From the NCBI RefSeq assembly GCF_036365525.1, contig NC_090404.1, positions 3,534,001 through 3,598,000 on the forward strand: a stretch of 64,000 bases of DNA, written 5' to 3'. The notes under the pieces are model-generated. The model saw nothing but the letters and a program-made list of their open reading frames with translations. It was not told the origin of the DNA and did no database searches. This document shows positions 59,346 through 64,000 of the stretch, one piece after another. Within the stretch, counting starts at the first letter, position 1, and every line of letters begins with the position of its first letter. The DNA comes from Heterodontus francisci (Eukaryota). The translations under genes and the position numbers were made by a program.

Positions 59346-59896
59346 ATGAGGTCGGCGATTTCTCTCAGTCTGTTGCTGATTTTCCTATCCCGTGAGTTGT
59401 TGTTATTGTCCGAGTCTCTCGCTGTCACTGTTGCAATGTTAATCTCTCTCTGGAATGTTACAGAGTCAGGAATCATTTCACCAGGATTAATCCTCTGGGT
59501 TTTTGATATTTTTTACAGGTGTCCATTCGGATGTCGTGTTGACTCAGCCAGAGGCAGAAACTAGGAGTCCTGGGTGCTCCCTGAGACTGACCTGTAAAAC
59601 CAGCGGGTTCAATTTTGGCAGCCACACCATGCACTGGGTCCGACAGGTTCCCGGGCAAGGGCTGGAGTGGTTGGTTTACTACTATATTTCATCCAATATT
59701 CATTACGCCCCAGGGGTTAAGGATCGATTTACTGCGTCCAAAGACACTTTAAACAACATCTTCGCTTTGGACATGAAGAACCTGAAGACTGAAGACAACG
59801 CCATCTATTTCTGTGCAAGAGACGCCGGTACAGCAGTGCGTACAAGCATTTCTATGGACTACTGGGGACAAGGGACCATGGTGACAGTGACTGCAG
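59346..59896 (+). CDS. IgM-type heavy-chain leader (59346-59391) plus joined VH-D-JH exon (59519-59896)
   Basis: [16 protein letters not shown]|GTGAGT...ttacag|[13 protein letters not shown]...LTCKTSGF...[15 protein letters not shown]...RFTASKD...[32 protein letters not shown]|GTAAAA. In frame, with no RSS between V and J. Confidence 0.95.
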
Positions 59897-62004
59897 GTAA
59901 AAAAAAATGCATTTATTCAGTACCTGTTTTATTTGCGTCTTTATTAATACTTTTGATTATTTTAATAATACATGTGGTCATCAAAATGTGTTTTCCGCGG
60001 TTCTGTATTGAGATTTGTTGCAATGTTTCATGTGGTTCTGCTGCAAAGATATTGAAGAATTCAGCTGTTTTTCCACAAACGGTGTTGTTGAGGGATTAAG
60101 CCCCACATTGATGTGATTTGGTGTTCGCTGATGAGATTGTGTGTCTGGGCTACTTTATATAACTAACGTCTGTTAAACTGTTGGCTTTCTACAATATTTA
60201 ATCTCGGTGGCAGTCAATTGCTGTAGGCTTTCTGAACTAATGCAAACAATAATTGTTTAAATGTGTTTGAAATTCGATTTTAGGCAGACAGTTTCAGTGG
60301 TCAAAAATAACCTTACGATATGTTAAGGTATTTTTATTTGTGATAAATAAATTGTCATCTGTCAATCTAATGCTCACAAATGCTTATATATAATATATGA
60401 AATATTACCCTAACTGAGAACTACATAAATGATAATTTTTCAGGTGTGTTCAGTTTTACTTAATGTAATTAATATAATGTTGTATATAATATTTGTCAAT
60501 ATTACCAAAGTATGCTATAGTCTCAGTATTAATTTTAAGCATGTTCTCGATTGACATCAATGCTGCCATTATTTTTTTTTTAACTGGTTATTTTAATAGT
60601 TAATTCGTTCAGATACAGGCTGGTTCGGTGGATTCTTCATTCAGATTTTTGGGACTTCGTTGAAAGGGTTTGTGGAATTAAGCTGCTTCTGCATGAAACT
60701 GAGAAGGGATTCAGTACCTTAGAGGTGTGATTTGGTGTTTATCTGCTGGGGAGAGTTTGTGGCCTGGTTGCTTACAATAAGTAAAATATGTGAAACTGTT
60801 TGGCGTATCTGCATCGTTTAATCTCGGTGACATCGAGCGGCCGCAGGTTTTCTGACTTAGTGCAAGCATATGTGTTTAAAACTATTTGAAAGGTGATTGT
60901 AGGCAGAACACTGGCAGGATTCAAAAATGGAAAGAAAGGTTTAAAGATGCTTAAATGCATTTTTTTATTTAATAGATAATTGTAGATTAACTATTAAGCC
61001 ATGGTTTATGATGCTCATTCAGTACATGAGATGTTACTACAATTACAAACTGCCATAATTGACAAGTTTGCAGATTTGAAAATAAAGTTAATATAATTCA
61101 AACAATTATAACGCGTCATTGTCTCGCAATAGTCACCAAATATGCTTTAATTTTAATACTAATTCAGTAATCCTTAATCACCTTTCACAATTCCTCTGTG
61201 CCTTGTGCACAATTGCTGTGACGGGAACATTTTATAGGCTGGAGGCAATTTTAATTGAGTCTGAAATTAGTTCAATAAGAATATATTGATTCAATTGCTG
61301 GGTTCAATTTGATGGTCGGTTTTGAATTAATTGCTGTATCCCTGATTAAAATAGATCAATGGCAGTTTGTAGTTACTTACAGCTTAAATAGGAGCTGCAA
61401 ATTGCAGTTTGTCAATGCAGTATATCTGCCGGTTATTACTTTCACTGCGTGCAACCGAAACCATATTAAACCTTCATTGTCATTTGTTGCTGGATAGCGA
61501 GATAATAAGTGCAATTTGATCCATTTATTTAAGAAACTTGTATCTGTGAGAAATGTGAAAGTTTGAAGAGACGCCTCAGCAATGAGATCCGTATCCCAGT
61601 CTGTGAAAACCAGAAAAAAAACGATTGAGAGACACGACAAACAGTCTGTAGTTCCTTTGTAACCATTAATGCACCTACCCTGGGATTGTTTCACTGCGTG
61701 ATGTAGAAGGAAATTTACTCTATATTTTCTGTAACGGTCCTGGGACTGTTTGATGGGACTATTTGGTGGAAGAAATTACTCTGTATCTAAAAGGGGTTGA
61801 AACTCCCCTGGGCATATATGATAGGACAGGATAGAGGAAAAATTATTTCATATCAAATCAGTGTTGTACATGACTCGGAGTGTTTGACAGTTCAGTGTCG
61901 AGCTGGCTTTCCTCAGAATACAACACTTGTTATGTTCCACTTAACAGTGCACGACAGCACAATGCAGAGGGAGATTTACTCTTCACCTTAACTGTCTTTT
62001 TTTT

Positions 62005-64000
62005 TAGAACATTACAGCGCAGTACAGGCCCTTCGGCCCTCGATGTTGCGCCGACCTGTGAAACCATCTGACCTACACTATTCCATTTTCATCCATGTGT
62101 CTATCCAATGTCCACTTAAATGCCCTTAAAGTTGGCGAATCTACTACTGCTGCAGGCAGGGCGTTCCACGCCCTTACTACTCTCTGAGTAAAGAAACTAC
62201 CTCTCACATCTGTCCGATATCTATCACCCCTCAACTTGAAGCTATGTCCCCTCGTGTTTGCCATCACCATCCGAGGAAAAAGACGCTCACTATCCACCCT
62301 ATCTAACCCTCTGATTATCTTATATGTCTCTATTAAGTCACCTCTCCTCCTCCTTCTCTCCAACGAAAACAACCTCAAGTCCCTCAGCCTTTCCTCGTAA
62401 GACCTTCCCTCCATACCAGGCAACATCCTAGTAAATCTCCTCTGCACCCTTTCCATAGCTTCCACATCCTTCCTATAATGCGGTGACCAGAACTGCACGC
62501 AATACTCCAGGTGCGGTCTCACCAGAGTTTTGTACAGCTGCAGCATGACCTCGTGGCTCCGAAACTCGACCCCCCTACTAATAAAAGCTAACACACCATA
62601 TGCCTTCTTAACAGCCCTATTAACCTGGTTAGCAACCTTCAGGGATTTATGCACCTGGACACCAAGATCTCTCTGTTCATCTACACTACCAAGAATCTTC
62701 CCATTAGCCCAGTACTCTGCATTCCTGTTACTCCTTCCAAAGTGAATCACCTCACACTTTTCCGCATTAAACTCCATTTGCCATCTCTCAGCCCAGCTCT
62801 GCAGCCTATCTATGTCTCTCTGTACCCTACAACATCCTTCGGCACTATCCACAACTCCACCGACCTTAGTGTCATCTGCAAATTTACTAACCTACCCTTC
62901 TACACCCTCATCCAGGTCATTTATAAAAATGACAAACAGCAGTGGCCCCAAAACAGATCCTTGCGGTACACCACTAGTAACTAAACTCCAGGATGAACAT
63001 TTGCCATCAACCACCACCCTCTGTCTTCTTTCAGCTAGCCAATTTCTGATCCAAAGCTCTAAATCACCTTCAACCCCATACTTCCGTATTTTCTGCAATA
63101 GCCTACCGTGGAGAACCTTATCAAACGCCTTACTGAAATCCATATACACCACATCCACTGCTTTACCCTCATCCACCTGTTTGGTCACCTTCTCGAAAAA
63201 CTCAATAAGGTTTGTGAGGCACGACCTACCCGTCACAAAACCGTGCTGACTATCTCGAATGTACTTATTCTTTTCAAGATGATTATAAATCCTGTCTCTT
63301 ATAACCTTTTCCAACATTTTACCCACAACCGAAGTAAGGCTCACAGGTCTATAATTACCAGGGCTGTCTCTACTCCCCTTCTTGAACAAGGGGACAACAT
63401 TTGCAATCCTCCAGTCTTCCGGCACTATTCCTGTCGACAATGACGACATAAAGATCAAGGACAAAGGCTCTGCAATCTCCTCCCTAGCTTCCCAGAGAAT
63501 CCTAGGATAAATCCCATCTGGCCCAGGGGACTTATCTATTTTCACACTTTCCAAAATTGCTAACACCTCCTCCTTGTGAACCTCAATCCCATCTAGCCTC
63601 GTGGCCTGAATCTCAGTATTCTCAACAACATTTTCTTTCTCTACTGTAAATACTGACGCAAAATATTCATTTAACACTTCCCCTATCTCCTCTGATTCCA
63701 CACACAACTTCCCACGACTATCCTTGATTGGCCCTAATCTAACTCCAGTCATTCTTTTATTCCTGATATACCTATAGAAAGCCTTAGGGTTTTCCCTGAT
63801 CCGATCCACCAATGACTTCTCGTGTCCTCTCCTTGCTCTTCTTAGCTCTCCCTTTAGATCCTTCCTGGCTAGCTTGTAGCTCTCAAGCGCCCTAACTGAG
63901 CCTTCACGTCTCATCCTAACATCAGCCTTCTTCTTCCTCTTGACAAGCGCTTCAACTTCTTTAGTAAACCACGGCTCCCTCGCTCGACAACTTCCTCCCT
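62005..64000 (-). mobile_element. Young CR1 (runs off the window), premature stop in RT
   Basis: Near-identical to 47553-49999; TGG to TAG at 62892-62894 splits ORF2. Confidence 0.95.

Noticed and set aside
59897-60099. Hydrophobic read-through tail after J, resembling a transmembrane anchor ([19 protein letters not shown])
   Set aside because: It begins at the J splice donor and lies in T-rich intron sequence that yields hydrophobic codons by chance. An intron-retained V-TM isoform cannot be excluded without RNA data.

Overview
Eukaryotic vertebrate DNA, almost certainly a cartilaginous fish (shark): HE1-like SINEs, dense CR1 LINEs and a shark-type IgM VH. About two thirds is transposon-derived (CR1 of several ages, a second CR1/L2-group LINE, L2, Penelope, Tx1, an ERV-like LTR with a tRNA-Ser PBS, SINEs, satellites). 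The genic skeleton, mostly missed by the ORF track, alternates two gene families: GPR139-like GPCR (3' end, 1-170), a convergent pair of TCR alpha/delta-type V pseudogenes with 23-RSS (4999-5522 +, 8615-9076 -), a two-exon GPR139-like gene (16435-26262), a second convergent V pair (32280-32653 +, intact with an intronless leader; 33972-34300 -, pseudogene), an intact two-exon GPR139-like gene (40393-46543), and a fully joined in-frame IgM-type VH-D-JH exon that keeps its leader intron (59346-59896). The middle GPCR carries a young CR1 inserted in frame, creating a GPCR(TM1-4)-ORF1 esterase fusion ORF. The ORF1/ORF2 junction of that CR1 has a correctly phased U_UUA_AAC -1 slippery heptamer ahead of an ORF2 with no upstream AUG. 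No D/J segments with 12-RSS and no Ig/TCR constant exons were seen. Repeat boundaries are approximate and family names come from motif recognition, not database searches.
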